A stretch of 64,000 bases of DNA, from IMG/VR virus record IMGVR_UViG_3300017605_000342, positions 96,875 to 160,874 of that record; one strand, given 5' to 3'. The DNA is from a virus. Below, piece by piece: positions 47,966 to 57,205 of this stretch (within the stretch, counting starts at the first letter, position 1; each line of letters opens with the position of its first letter). The notes beneath the pieces were generated by a model. The model was not told the DNA's origin and did no database searches. It saw only the letters and a list, made by a program, of their open reading frames with translations. The position numbers were made by a program, and so were the translations under genes.

Positions 47966-48115
47966 TTTTTATCAATGGTGCCGTGTACGGTTACTTCTCC
48001 ATGCAGAAGGCCGTGGGTTCGAATCCCACCTTGGCGGCTTTAAACGCTGCCTTGTAGCTCAGTTGGTTAGAGCATCCGCCCAAAAAAGCCCGACACATTA
48101 ATTCCTTGATAAAAA
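47966..48115 (+). ncRNA. Y RNA-like 8 (YrlA-type permuted tRNA domain)
   Basis: TTTTTATCAA-TGGTG..TTACTTC / TTCC-TTGATAAAAA; GTGGG-TTCGAAT-CCCAC, closed acceptor, D-arm GCTC-AGTTGGTTA-GAGC. Confidence 0.85.
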
Positions 48116-48468
48116 CTTTCTATATTATCAATGACAAAACTACATCCCAGCGTAGCTGAGCATTATGCTGCTTACAAGCGGCGATGGGATTCCCTACCTT
48201 CTCACGTACAATCACAGATAAAAGCAATCATAAGCACAGCAGCCTTCGAGCAGAATGGCCAAGGGTTTACCTTAGGGTTCACGATGGGATGCAACGTCAT
48301 GTTGGAACATACCCTGAATTGGGTCAACACGGCATTGACTACCGAACCGGAAAGCCCAGAACTGCTCACCCTAAAAGACATGGTTTCTTGGACACTAATC
48401 GCATTGTTCTTACAAACATATGAGGTTACACTGTTAGAGCAACTAGACACAACTAAAGGTTTGGCAAA

Positions 48469-48858
48469 TTGACAGATAAAGACCTCACAAAGTATAGGAA
48501 GTTAGCACTTAGATTCTTGAACAAATGGATAAAAGTACTAGGTTTAGATAGATGTCAGTTAACTATAGACTTTTCTGATGAAGCAAAGGTGTCCGAAGAC
48601 GGTATGCACGTGATCGCCGAGACTTCCGCAAGCTGGCAGTATAACGCCGCGCTTGTTATTTTTTACCTTGCAAACTTCGACAAGATCAAACCGGATCGTC
48701 TCGAAATGGCAATTATACATGAATTGGTACACATACTAGTCAACGAAATGCGGTCCTACACGGCGTCGGACGGTGTTTGCCACGAAGAGCGCGTTGTATG
48801 TGGCTTAACAGACGCTATCATGAATGCGTATAAAACGAACAATGTACACAAAGGATAA
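48469..48858 (+). CDS. HExxH metallopeptidase-like protein
   Basis: IIHELVHIL with a downstream EE. Confidence 0.6.
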   Translation: MTDKDLTKYRKLALRFLNKWIKVLGLDRCQLTIDFSDEAKVSEDGMHVIAETSASWQYNAALVIFYLANFDKIKPDRLEMAIIHELVHILVNEMRSYTASDGVCHEERVVCGLTDAIMNAYKTNNVHKG

Positions 48859-49043
48859 AAATCTATTCATACTCCCTAGCGGAGTCCGCATCGTCGGCTT
48901 TGATTCCTTGGAGATCATGGCTAGGATATGTAACATCTCTGTCATGGACTTTGCCCAAGGTTATGGTACTATGGTAGAAAAACTGATGGTTTCAAGGTTA
49001 TCGTCACGTAAAGATCCCCTTGCCGGGAAACTTGAAGAGTAAT

Positions 49044-49418
49044 ATGTCAGGTAAAGAGTTATTATTTTCCGTCACCGCCAAAGACTGCGAGTTACAAACG
49101 TTTACTTGCGGTAAGAAAGGCGGTGGCGGGAAAGACACTAGCAACAACGGAGTCCGGTTGATACATCATCCCTCTGGGGCACGTGGAGAAGGACGGGACA
49201 CGCGTGACCAGAAGGTTAACAAGCGCAATGCATTTTTGCGCCTGATAAGAACCAAAGAATTTAAGGATTGGCATCGGGCCGAAGTTGTTAAACGGCTGTG
49301 CTATCCTGTTACAGACGTGAACAAAGCTGTGGATACAGCAATGGCTCCACAAAATTTGCGTGTTGAAGTACAAATAGAGCGAGGATGGGTCGATGAAAGT
49401 AAAAACACTGTTGAATAA
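49044..49418 (+). CDS. Peptide-chain release factor (RF-1 domain)-like protein with GGG in place of GGQ
   Basis: ELQTFTCGKKGGGGKDTSNNGVRLIHHPSG...RDQKVNKRNAF matches the RF domain-3 layout. Confidence 0.75.
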   Translation: MSGKELLFSVTAKDCELQTFTCGKKGGGGKDTSNNGVRLIHHPSGARGEGRDTRDQKVNKRNAFLRLIRTKEFKDWHRAEVVKRLCYPVTDVNKAVDTAMAPQNLRVEVQIERGWVDESKNTVE

Positions 49419-49698
49419 AGAATCTAAATGGGTAAAGAATGTCTACGAAGAACAAGGCAGATATTGTTTGCTGGGAGCGCTTCAGGAATGTTATGGAGGC
49501 AGTGCGGGGCACCCGCCACTCGGCAATGCAGGCGAAGCTTATAGAGATGCTAAGAAGAAAGTAGAGTCAGCGATCAAGGAATTTGCAACGTTACGTAGAG
49601 TTAGAGTAGCAAAAAAGCCTGATATCGTCAGATTTAACGATAACAAAAATATTACCTTTAAGGATATTCGCAAAGTAATACGAGCAGCAAATGTTTAA
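49393..49698 (+). CDS. Hypothetical protein
   Basis: W.K..Y...GRYCLLGA...FND motif common in phage small proteins. Confidence 0.5.
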   Translation: MKVKTLLNKESKWVKNVYEEQGRYCLLGALQECYGGSAGHPPLGNAGEAYRDAKKKVESAIKEFATLRRVRVAKKPDIVRFNDNKNITFKDIRKVIRAANV

Positions 49699-50128
49699 TC
49701 TAAGTTACACACAACCTGCGAGGTTACGGGGCCAGATTCATATGGAGAAACCTATAACCTCGTTAGGTACGCACACAGACATTCACGGTAATCGTTGGGA
49801 TGTCAAGATGGCTCGCTTTGTAGACGGTAAAAACTTTGTCGCTGCTGTACCTACTGATGAATTACACCCATACTATAGCGACACTTCTATGACACAATAT
49901 GACTTTGTAGAACAAGTTTGGGAACCATACGAGGTAATAGTCCATGAAAATCACAAGCAAGTTAGTAAAAGACTTTGAGTTGTCACAGGAACTTTACGGA
50001 ACTAAAGTAGCATTGGGTAACATCTTGTGGGATGTTGCGGCCAGTTTGTACAAAGACTTGGGCGTAACAAGAATACGTACTTCTTACAAGATCCACGAGT
50101 CTAAAGACAGAACACGAAAGTCACTCTA

Positions 50129-50605
50129 ATGCAACTTACAAAGGTAATCAGTGGCGGGCAGAACGGGGTAGATCAGGCCGGGTTGCACGCTGCTAGGATC
50201 GTGGGAATTCCCACTGGAGGACATGCTCCACGTGGGTTTAAGACCTTGGACGGGCCTAATCTGGCATTAAGAGATACGTTCGGACTGGAAGAAACGTTAG
50301 AATCCGGCTATCCACCTAGAACAGAGCTTAACGTGATGAACTCCGATGCTACTCTACAAATAGCCAAGGACTTCAGTTCTGCTGGAGAGGCTCTAACGAC
50401 TAGGCTGATCCTGAAGCATATGCGCCACCGCCTGCCACTGCATCCGGCGCTAAATCCAGGTGTAGACCAAGTTGTTGCATGGATCATATCAAAGCAGATT
50501 ACAGTGTTAAATGTAGCCGGCAATTCTTTGAAGACGTGGCCTGAAGCTTTCGAGTGGGCTTATCCCTTTTTAGTAGAGGTCTTTGGTAAACTACATGCTA
50601 GGTGA
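50129..50605 (+). CDS. SLOG-family (molybdenum-carrier-like) nucleotide-binding protein
   Basis: KVISGGQNGVDQAGL, YPPRTELNVMNSDATL and VLNVAG. Confidence 0.8.
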   Translation: MQLTKVISGGQNGVDQAGLHAARIVGIPTGGHAPRGFKTLDGPNLALRDTFGLEETLESGYPPRTELNVMNSDATLQIAKDFSSAGEALTTRLILKHMRHRLPLHPALNPGVDQVVAWIISKQITVLNVAGNSLKTWPEAFEWAYPFLVEVFGKLHAR

Positions 50606-50779
50606 CTGCCCTATGTGCTGGGATGGCACATGCTCTTGTGGCTATATGTACAAAGATTGGACTGCCACGTCCCTTGCGAAACTGGTTGCTCGTTTAGATA
50701 GGTTGATAGCACTGAAACAAAACAAAGAGAAAGACATCTTAAATAACGATGACGCTTTAATGAAGGAGTTGGACAACGC

Positions 50780-51313
50780 ATGAACAGACGTAAATTTATT
50801 ACAGTAAGTGCGGTTGGGGCTATTGGGGTTGCTTTACCTCAGTTTGTACTACCAGAATCAGCCAAACATCTCAAGTATTTACCAGAAAACTTAACAGTCC
50901 TAGTTAATGAGTCTCCAAAGGTTTGTGAACTTTCCAAAAATAGCTGGCCTATAGAGTGGCAAATACTAGGACACACAGTTTGTACAACAAAACTGTTGTA
51001 TGACTCAAAGCGTATTAATGAGGTTTTGCTTACTGAAATCTCCGTAGAAAAACTGGACATCAAACTAACAGGCATTCCTGTTAATCCCAACAAAGTTAGA
51101 CAAGTTGCGTTTGTACTTAACAACAAACTAACCGATGGAAAGCTTCACCTATTAAGCCGAAATGCACTATTAACTAGAATACCTTATACACGATCAAAGG
51201 AAGAAAAGCCCACGGATTTTGTTGAAAATGCAAGTTATATAGCTACTTTTTTTCCGTTTAGATCCAAAGGCTCAAAAAAACTGTCTTACTTTGAAATGAC
51301 GTTTTATTCGTGA
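50780..51313 (+). CDS. Hypothetical protein with twin-arginine-like signal
   Basis: MNRRKFITVSAVGAIGVALP. Confidence 0.55.
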   Translation: MNRRKFITVSAVGAIGVALPQFVLPESAKHLKYLPENLTVLVNESPKVCELSKNSWPIEWQILGHTVCTTKLLYDSKRINEVLLTEISVEKLDIKLTGIPVNPNKVRQVAFVLNNKLTDGKLHLLSRNALLTRIPYTRSKEEKPTDFVENASYIATFFPFRSKGSKKLSYFEMTFYS

Positions 51314-52441
51314 ACGATGAAACTGCTTGACATTGTGAAGGATAATCAGGTACACTTTAGGTATTTCAGGGACGGGCTGTTTTACTACGAATCGGACAAC
51401 GGCTTCTTGTTTCCGGTGCCCTTGACCGATATCGGGACTGCTACTCTGAAAGACACCGATAAAGCTATATTGTTTATGCGTTGGATAAGACCGCACTTTG
51501 AAATGTTATGTAAAGAACAACGTAAAGCAATTGAAGAAATAAACCAACTGCTTAATGCGAAATTCTAGACATAGTAGCAGAAAAGCTGAGTCAGGGAACT
51601 GCCTAACAATCGTGACTGACATAAGACGGCGCTAAACCGAAACTTGAGGGAGAGGCAGAGTTGGTTATGTCTAAACACTGTTTAGTGTGTCAACAGAGAA
51701 AAAACGCAGAGGAACTGTTGTATGAGGCAGAACAAGAAGTAACACGCCTCCAAAATGCAATCCGTCAACACCGCGACGAGCGTGGTGATGATCGCTGTTG
51801 GCAAGATGACGAAACGCTGTATGGTGTCTTACCGGAAGGGTACACACCACCAGAACGTGATACTGCTGTAGAACTAGAGAACTGTAAAAAGTATATAGCT
51901 TGTAGGGGAAATCCTCATACAGAATATATTTCTCCACAAAGAGAGATAGTGTTATTAAGAGAGCAATTGAAAAAAGCACTAGAAGGATAATCATGCAATG
52001 TGATTGTGTTGTGATAAAGCAGTTTATACGATACTGCGATCTACACGAACAAGAGTATGAACGTAGAATACACGAACTTGTAGAAGAAATTAAAAAAGAC
52101 AAGGTAGAACCTTTATGGAATCCGATACCTACTCTGATAGAGCGAGTATATGACAGATACCAACCTGTAAATTGTCATGCTTCTATGGTTGTTTCTAACT
52201 CTATGTACTATGACAACCCGCAATACCAGCAAAAATGTCTAGAACACTCTGTAGAAATGTTACTAGATAAGCTGTTCAAAGAAGCTAAGCAGTTCGTACA
52301 ACTGAACGTGAAGGACAGTTTGTACGGTAAAGAAATGAGTGCAGAACTCGGAGTTTTCAAGAGGGAAATCAAATGGGACTCTTCGACTGGTTTAATCGGA
52401 AAAGACGGGGATCTCACCAACCTTACAGGAGAAAGTAACCG

Positions 52442-52774
52442 ATGATAGGCGCAATACTATTTTTAGCTACAACGATCACCCTTCAGTGGGGAACTCCTTG
52501 TGGCGGCGATCTTGCACAGGGCAGCCCTGTGCCCGCAAGTCAACCAAAAGCACAAGTACAATTACACATTGTCAAAAATACTAACGGTTCATGCCAAACT
52601 ACAGTAGATGTAGGACCTGGTTCTTATGTATTTGCTATCTGGTTTGGGCAAAATCCTACTACCGGAGTTTTGCAGGAGTCTAACAGAGTTGGGGCAATTG
52701 TGTACTCTACAGGAGTTGTTGTTCCCGATCATGGGCCACTACCATCACCACCAACTGGACTCAGAATACAGTAA
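52442..52774 (+). CDS. Putative secreted fibronectin-III-like protein
   Basis: Hydrophobic N-terminus, ITLQW, ESN and terminal PSPPTGLRIQ. Confidence 0.5.
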   Translation: MIGAILFLATTITLQWGTPCGGDLAQGSPVPASQPKAQVQLHIVKNTNGSCQTTVDVGPGSYVFAIWFGQNPTTGVLQESNRVGAIVYSTGVVVPDHGPLPSPPTGLRIQ

Positions 52775-53135
52775 ATGACCCACGAAGAACGAGAAGTGTT
52801 AAAGAAGCTAATTCGAGATTTTGAACAGTCTATGGCTCGATGTAGGTATTGCTGTACATTCGAGGCCGAAAGAGTAGATGATCCTGACAGATTGTGTCCC
52901 AAATGCTGGAAAATATTCCAGAAAGCCTACGATTACGAAGAAGAACACGCTAAATTTAGGCTTAATGACACTGAAATTGCTATGGGATTTCAGCAGGCTA
53001 TGGGACGTGGGCTTGAAGAAGACGAGTTACTACGGCTCAAGTCCTATATGCTAGACTTTGAATGTGAAGATGCAGACAATATGGTGGATGTGATAAAAAA
53101 GATTGTTGTATCTTTAAGAATGCGCAACCCACAAC

Positions 53136-53702
53136 TTGAGGCAATGTTTACCGATGATTGATTACAGAGCTAAAGCTATTAACGGTCTAATAGACGAAGC
53201 TGCAACTATGAACCTGGGCATGTATCCAGCACAAGTTATTGGTAGCGAAGGTGCCTATTCTGAGCGTACTGAGTGGATGGAAGGCTGGAATGCCGCTGTT
53301 GCACGTCAAAATGAGTACGTTTTGCAGATATATGCTTGGTTTAAGACCGTTCCTCCAGAGTATTTGACTCAAGTCCAAGATTTGCTGCTAGAAGGTACAA
53401 TAGAACTGAGCATCGGCGACTCTGACGGAGTTCATCTTATCTTTATGTGCAGCGATATCTTTTTCTGGGGCTGTGCCGATTGTGAAGACATTGCTGTAGA
53501 AGAGTTAAAAGATCTTGTCGCATGTTTCTCCGAAAGCCCTAAGTGGGGAGGCGAGCTGTGGGTTGCCCGTAAGCGCAAGGAACGCCCACAAGGGGCGGTG
53601 CTCAAAATGATGTCAGCGGAAGAACGGAGACTATTCGATGTTTGTGGCCCTGTAAAGCCGGTGGGTTTAGGCAATCCAGTGGCACACCCGGATGACAAAT
53701 GA
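53136..53702 (+). CDS. Hypothetical protein
   Basis: 188-aa ORF coupled to its neighbours; CSDIFFWGCADCE motif. Confidence 0.55.
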   Translation: MRQCLPMIDYRAKAINGLIDEAATMNLGMYPAQVIGSEGAYSERTEWMEGWNAAVARQNEYVLQIYAWFKTVPPEYLTQVQDLLLEGTIELSIGDSDGVHLIFMCSDIFFWGCADCEDIAVEELKDLVACFSESPKWGGELWVARKRKERPQGAVLKMMSAEERRLFDVCGPVKPVGLGNPVAHPDDK

Positions 53703-54547
53703 TAGCTGGCGCTAAACAGTCAATGTTTTGTCGCCGTACATGGTACGCGACAGTCGATGATAAAGCAAAGTGCGACCATCTGCACAGAACATCGGCTGCG
53801 GCGATTAAGTGTGCCCAACGATGGATTGCCTTCCAACACAAAGTTGAGCAACTACGTATACAGCGTGATATGTTAAGGAGTATGTAATGCTATCACCCAT
53901 AATGCAGACAGCACTGAATGAAATAAACAAGCAATTAAATAGACCATCCTATCTAGAACTAGAAGAAATTGGGGCGATACAAGCATTGGCAACAGTAGCG
54001 GTAGCCGAAGCAATAAACAACCTTGTCGAAGAACTTAGAAAGCAGAGGGCGTCAATCCAATGGTAATCACAGAACAAGATGTAGGTCGATATGTTTGGCA
54101 CTACAATCCAGACACTAACGAAGGTGCATTGGGCCGAATTAAGTCAGTGACTATAAATGAAGTTTTTGTCGTGTTCGGATCATTGGCGGATTTGAAAGAC
54201 TTTGCGAACCGGCCAGCCGGTAGCACACCCACAGAGAGGCTAACGTGGAGCAACAAGGCAAAAGATTAGGCGAAGATGGTTCCAATGTCGGCATGTGGGT
54301 TTGCATTATTTTTGAATTTCTCACACTACTTGTATTAATTTGGGCGGCACTTAATGGAATATGTATTTAAACAATTGTCTATCAGTGACGAATTTGTAGA
54401 TAACCCGCAAATACTGGTCATCGAAGATATCACAGATCCTACTACTAAGTATGTAGACTTGAATGAATTTTGTTTGGGCAACGTACTTAAGCTTGTTACG
54501 ATTGTACAAAATAAAAGAACTACGTTAGGTATATTTGAGAGGGTGTT

Positions 54548-55048
54548 ATGAACAGACGACAATTTTTAGTAACACCTATCGTGCTGATTCCATTTGCTAC
54601 TGTTGCTACTGAAGCAGCGTTAGACGCTTTACCACAAAACGAATTCATAGACATGCCCGGTGGCCGTGAGCTATTTAACGAAATCGTGGGAAAGCTACGT
54701 GCAAGAATGCTAAATGTGGATGATTTTGTCCCGCTGGGCAGCCCCGGCGTGGTGTTTAAGGCACCTCACGATGAGTTGGCACAGGTTTATCGTGGTGGCG
54801 CGGCATACGAGATCAAAGACTTGGCAGTTTTTGAAGAAGAGAACTTTGACGTTATGGGCTGGTTAAACGCTACCGCAAGTTTCAGATCCATAGTCGCGGA
54901 TAGGGCAGTTGACTACGTTGAGCGCAAAGCTAACTCTCTAGAAAAAGTCAACGTGTGTATGTGGCCTGGTTCTGTGTCTGTTGACCAAGACTATGACATT
55001 ATCCAGCATTCCCGTGTTCTAGTAGTATCTGTGATCTTTGCACTATGA
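54548..55048 (+). CDS. Hypothetical protein with twin-arginine-like signal
   Basis: MNRRQFLVTPIVLIPFATVA. Confidence 0.55.
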   Translation: MNRRQFLVTPIVLIPFATVATEAALDALPQNEFIDMPGGRELFNEIVGKLRARMLNVDDFVPLGSPGVVFKAPHDELAQVYRGGAAYEIKDLAVFEEENFDVMGWLNATASFRSIVADRAVDYVERKANSLEKVNVCMWPGSVSVDQDYDIIQHSRVLVVSVIFAL

Positions 55049-55548
55049 GTCATCATCTTGCCTCACCAATCCTTAAAACAGGGGAAATTATTCGTATAGT
55101 GGTAATACACCCATCGGATGAACGCTGGCATGATCCTATTTATGCCATGTTAGTCCACAAACCTGAGAAATATCTCACACATATCTCCGCAACGTTTGTA
55201 AATGTGGCCCATAATGTGGTAAGATACTACGTGGCGTTGAGTGACATGGATCAAATCTATGGCATTGCAATGACAGCAGAGACACAAGACGGGCGCGGGC
55301 ATGTAGCTCATGTGTTTGTGCGAGAAGAGCATCGAGGCAAGGGTGTAGCGCGAGCGATCATGCGCACACTTATGGACGCTTTCAAACAGAGTGGTGGAAC
55401 GGTGCTATTTCTGGGGACCGAGTATAACTCTCCTGCGTATCGCTTGTACTTGGACCTTGGTTTCAGGGATTACCACGGCCTACCGGATGGCCGGATGATA
55501 TGGGTGCCTGACTACCAATTTCTTACAGAAGACGAGGCACTACGATGA
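55045..55548 (+). CDS. GNAT acetyltransferase
   Basis: VFVREEHRGKGVA acetyl-CoA motif and PAYRLYLDLGF. Confidence 0.88.
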   Translation: MSHHLASPILKTGEIIRIVVIHPSDERWHDPIYAMLVHKPEKYLTHISATFVNVAHNVVRYYVALSDMDQIYGIAMTAETQDGRGHVAHVFVREEHRGKGVARAIMRTLMDAFKQSGGTVLFLGTEYNSPAYRLYLDLGFRDYHGLPDGRMIWVPDYQFLTEDEALR

Positions 55549-55951
55549 ATGTGTCATTTACATGCAGAGGCCACTGCCGGCCCACAGAGTTTTACTTTAA
55601 AACCATACCAGATTTTTGTGAGTATGTGGTAAATAACACTGTAAAATGTAAATACTGTAAGCACATAATTCGTGAAAAAGATCTATGGGTATAGCTAGCT
55701 TCTTAACAGAGCATGATACTTTGTGTGACGAGTGTGGGACGATTATAGAACCGGGTTTAATAGCGTACTACGATACAGAAGAACCGAAACATTATTGTCC
55801 AGACTGTGTGGAGGGTGATTGATGAAATCTCGCTATCAAAAGTTACAGCTAGACTATGATATGGTTTGTCCTGATTGTGGCCATTTACTTTTAGATGGCG
55901 ACTACGTTATCTACGACCGAGAAAAAGACGTTGAAGTCTGTTTGGAGTGCC

Positions 55952-56719
55952 ATGACAGCAATTTGGGTAGTTCAAAACTGTAAAGACCGTCAGTTTGGTA
56001 AGATAATTTCGGCGTTAGACGCTACAAAGTCGCCGTATATCGTGGCAAACACCAAATACGAGGGCGGGTTAACTGTGCCTGACAGAGCATTGGGCACCAA
56101 GTTCATCCCTTACGGTTCGACTACTCTGATTAAGCTGGCCGATGCTTTGAGTTGGGACTACCTGTTCTACAATGACAATTTTAATGTGACTACGTACAAC
56201 GCACGGCATCAGTACATGCTCAACCCGGACTCTATGGTTGTGTCGTTAGAAGCGGCAAAGCAATTAGCCGACTTTCGTGATAAATGGTTTGTTCGTCCGA
56301 ATGATGACACCAAAGAATTTGCGGGGCATGTTTGTAGCAATACGGAACTTAAGCAGTGGATATCACAGTTGGAAGATATTTTTGAGTACACTGATATTAG
56401 ACAACTGGCACTATCTTCTGTAAAAGAAATACAAATGGAGTGGAGACATTTTATAGTTGGTGAGAATATCATTACTAGTAGTATTTACCGCTGTAATGGG
56501 GAGTCTTTACAAGAAGCTGAGAAAGACGAGGCTGTTCTACGCGAAGCACAGTTACTGGCAAAACACTGGATGCCACATCCTTGTTGTGTCATGGACGTAG
56601 CGTTGTGCGGCGACCGCCCATATGTGATCGAGTTCAACACACTCAATGCTTCGGGGTTTTATGACCACGATGTAGAAGCGCTTGTAACAGCAGTGAATGA
56701 AGTAGCATCTAGGTACTAG
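55952..56719 (+). CDS. ATP-grasp domain protein (R2K/DUF4343-like)
   Basis: WFVRP...KEFAG, EWRHFIV, VMDVA and VIEFNTLNASGFY. Confidence 0.8.
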   Translation: MTAIWVVQNCKDRQFGKIISALDATKSPYIVANTKYEGGLTVPDRALGTKFIPYGSTTLIKLADALSWDYLFYNDNFNVTTYNARHQYMLNPDSMVVSLEAAKQLADFRDKWFVRPNDDTKEFAGHVCSNTELKQWISQLEDIFEYTDIRQLALSSVKEIQMEWRHFIVGENIITSSIYRCNGESLQEAEKDEAVLREAQLLAKHWMPHPCCVMDVALCGDRPYVIEFNTLNASGFYDHDVEALVTAVNEVASRY

Positions 56720-56728
56720 GAGATACTG

Positions 56729-57205
56729 ATGACTGGGTTTGAGATTATTGTAGTACTGGTATTACTTACAGTGCTGATTATTATCATTGATGCAGACACG
56801 GCCATTGCATCGTTTTTCGGCGTTTGTTTGTTGGTAGGAGCAGGCTTTTTGACTTGGCACGGTTCCACCATTGCCAGTGTAGTTGTCCACTTTCTACTTC
56901 AAGATCCTCTGCGTACGGCACTTTTGGGTGTTGGATACCTGATCGGCGGGTGTCTAACAATTCCTCTACGGTGGTACTGGTACTGTTTAGAACGTAGAGA
57001 GCAGGGGCACAGATACCCAGTAGTGAGAACAGAAGTCGAACGCATCGTCCGTTGGGGTACATTCTGGCCGATTACATTGGTATGGAACTTGGTATGGAAT
57101 ACGTTTAAATACACTTTGAAGAACTTCTTTAGACGTATGATCCTTAAGTACGAGTTTGTGTTAACTGATATCACAGAAAAGGTATTTGGTAAAAACGCAT
57201 CATGA
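56729..57205 (+). CDS. Multi-pass membrane protein
   Basis: Three to four hydrophobic segments. Confidence 0.6.
   Translation: MTGFEIIVVLVLLTVLIIIIDADTAIASFFGVCLLVGAGFLTWHGSTIASVVVHFLLQDPLRTALLGVGYLIGGCLTIPLRWYWYCLERREQGHRYPVVRTEVERIVRWGTFWPITLVWNLVWNTFKYTLKNFFRRMILKYEFVLTDITEKVFGKNAS

Noticed and set aside
44503-48075. Ordinary tRNA genes at the T-loop matches near 44510, 45284, 47287 and 48013
   Set aside because: The T-arm precedes the D-arm (permuted order), so these are tRNA-like domains rather than standard tRNAs.
45226-48115. CRISPR array interpretation of the repeated TACTTC units
   Set aside because: The repeats are not identical, spacing is irregular, each unit is closed by its own covarying stem, and no cas genes are present.
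51570-51665. Possible twister ribozyme or structured RNA (CTGCC-TAA-CAA...TTG...GGCAG)
   Set aside because: Outer stems are plausible, but the required pseudoknot pairing could not be found; insufficient support by eye.
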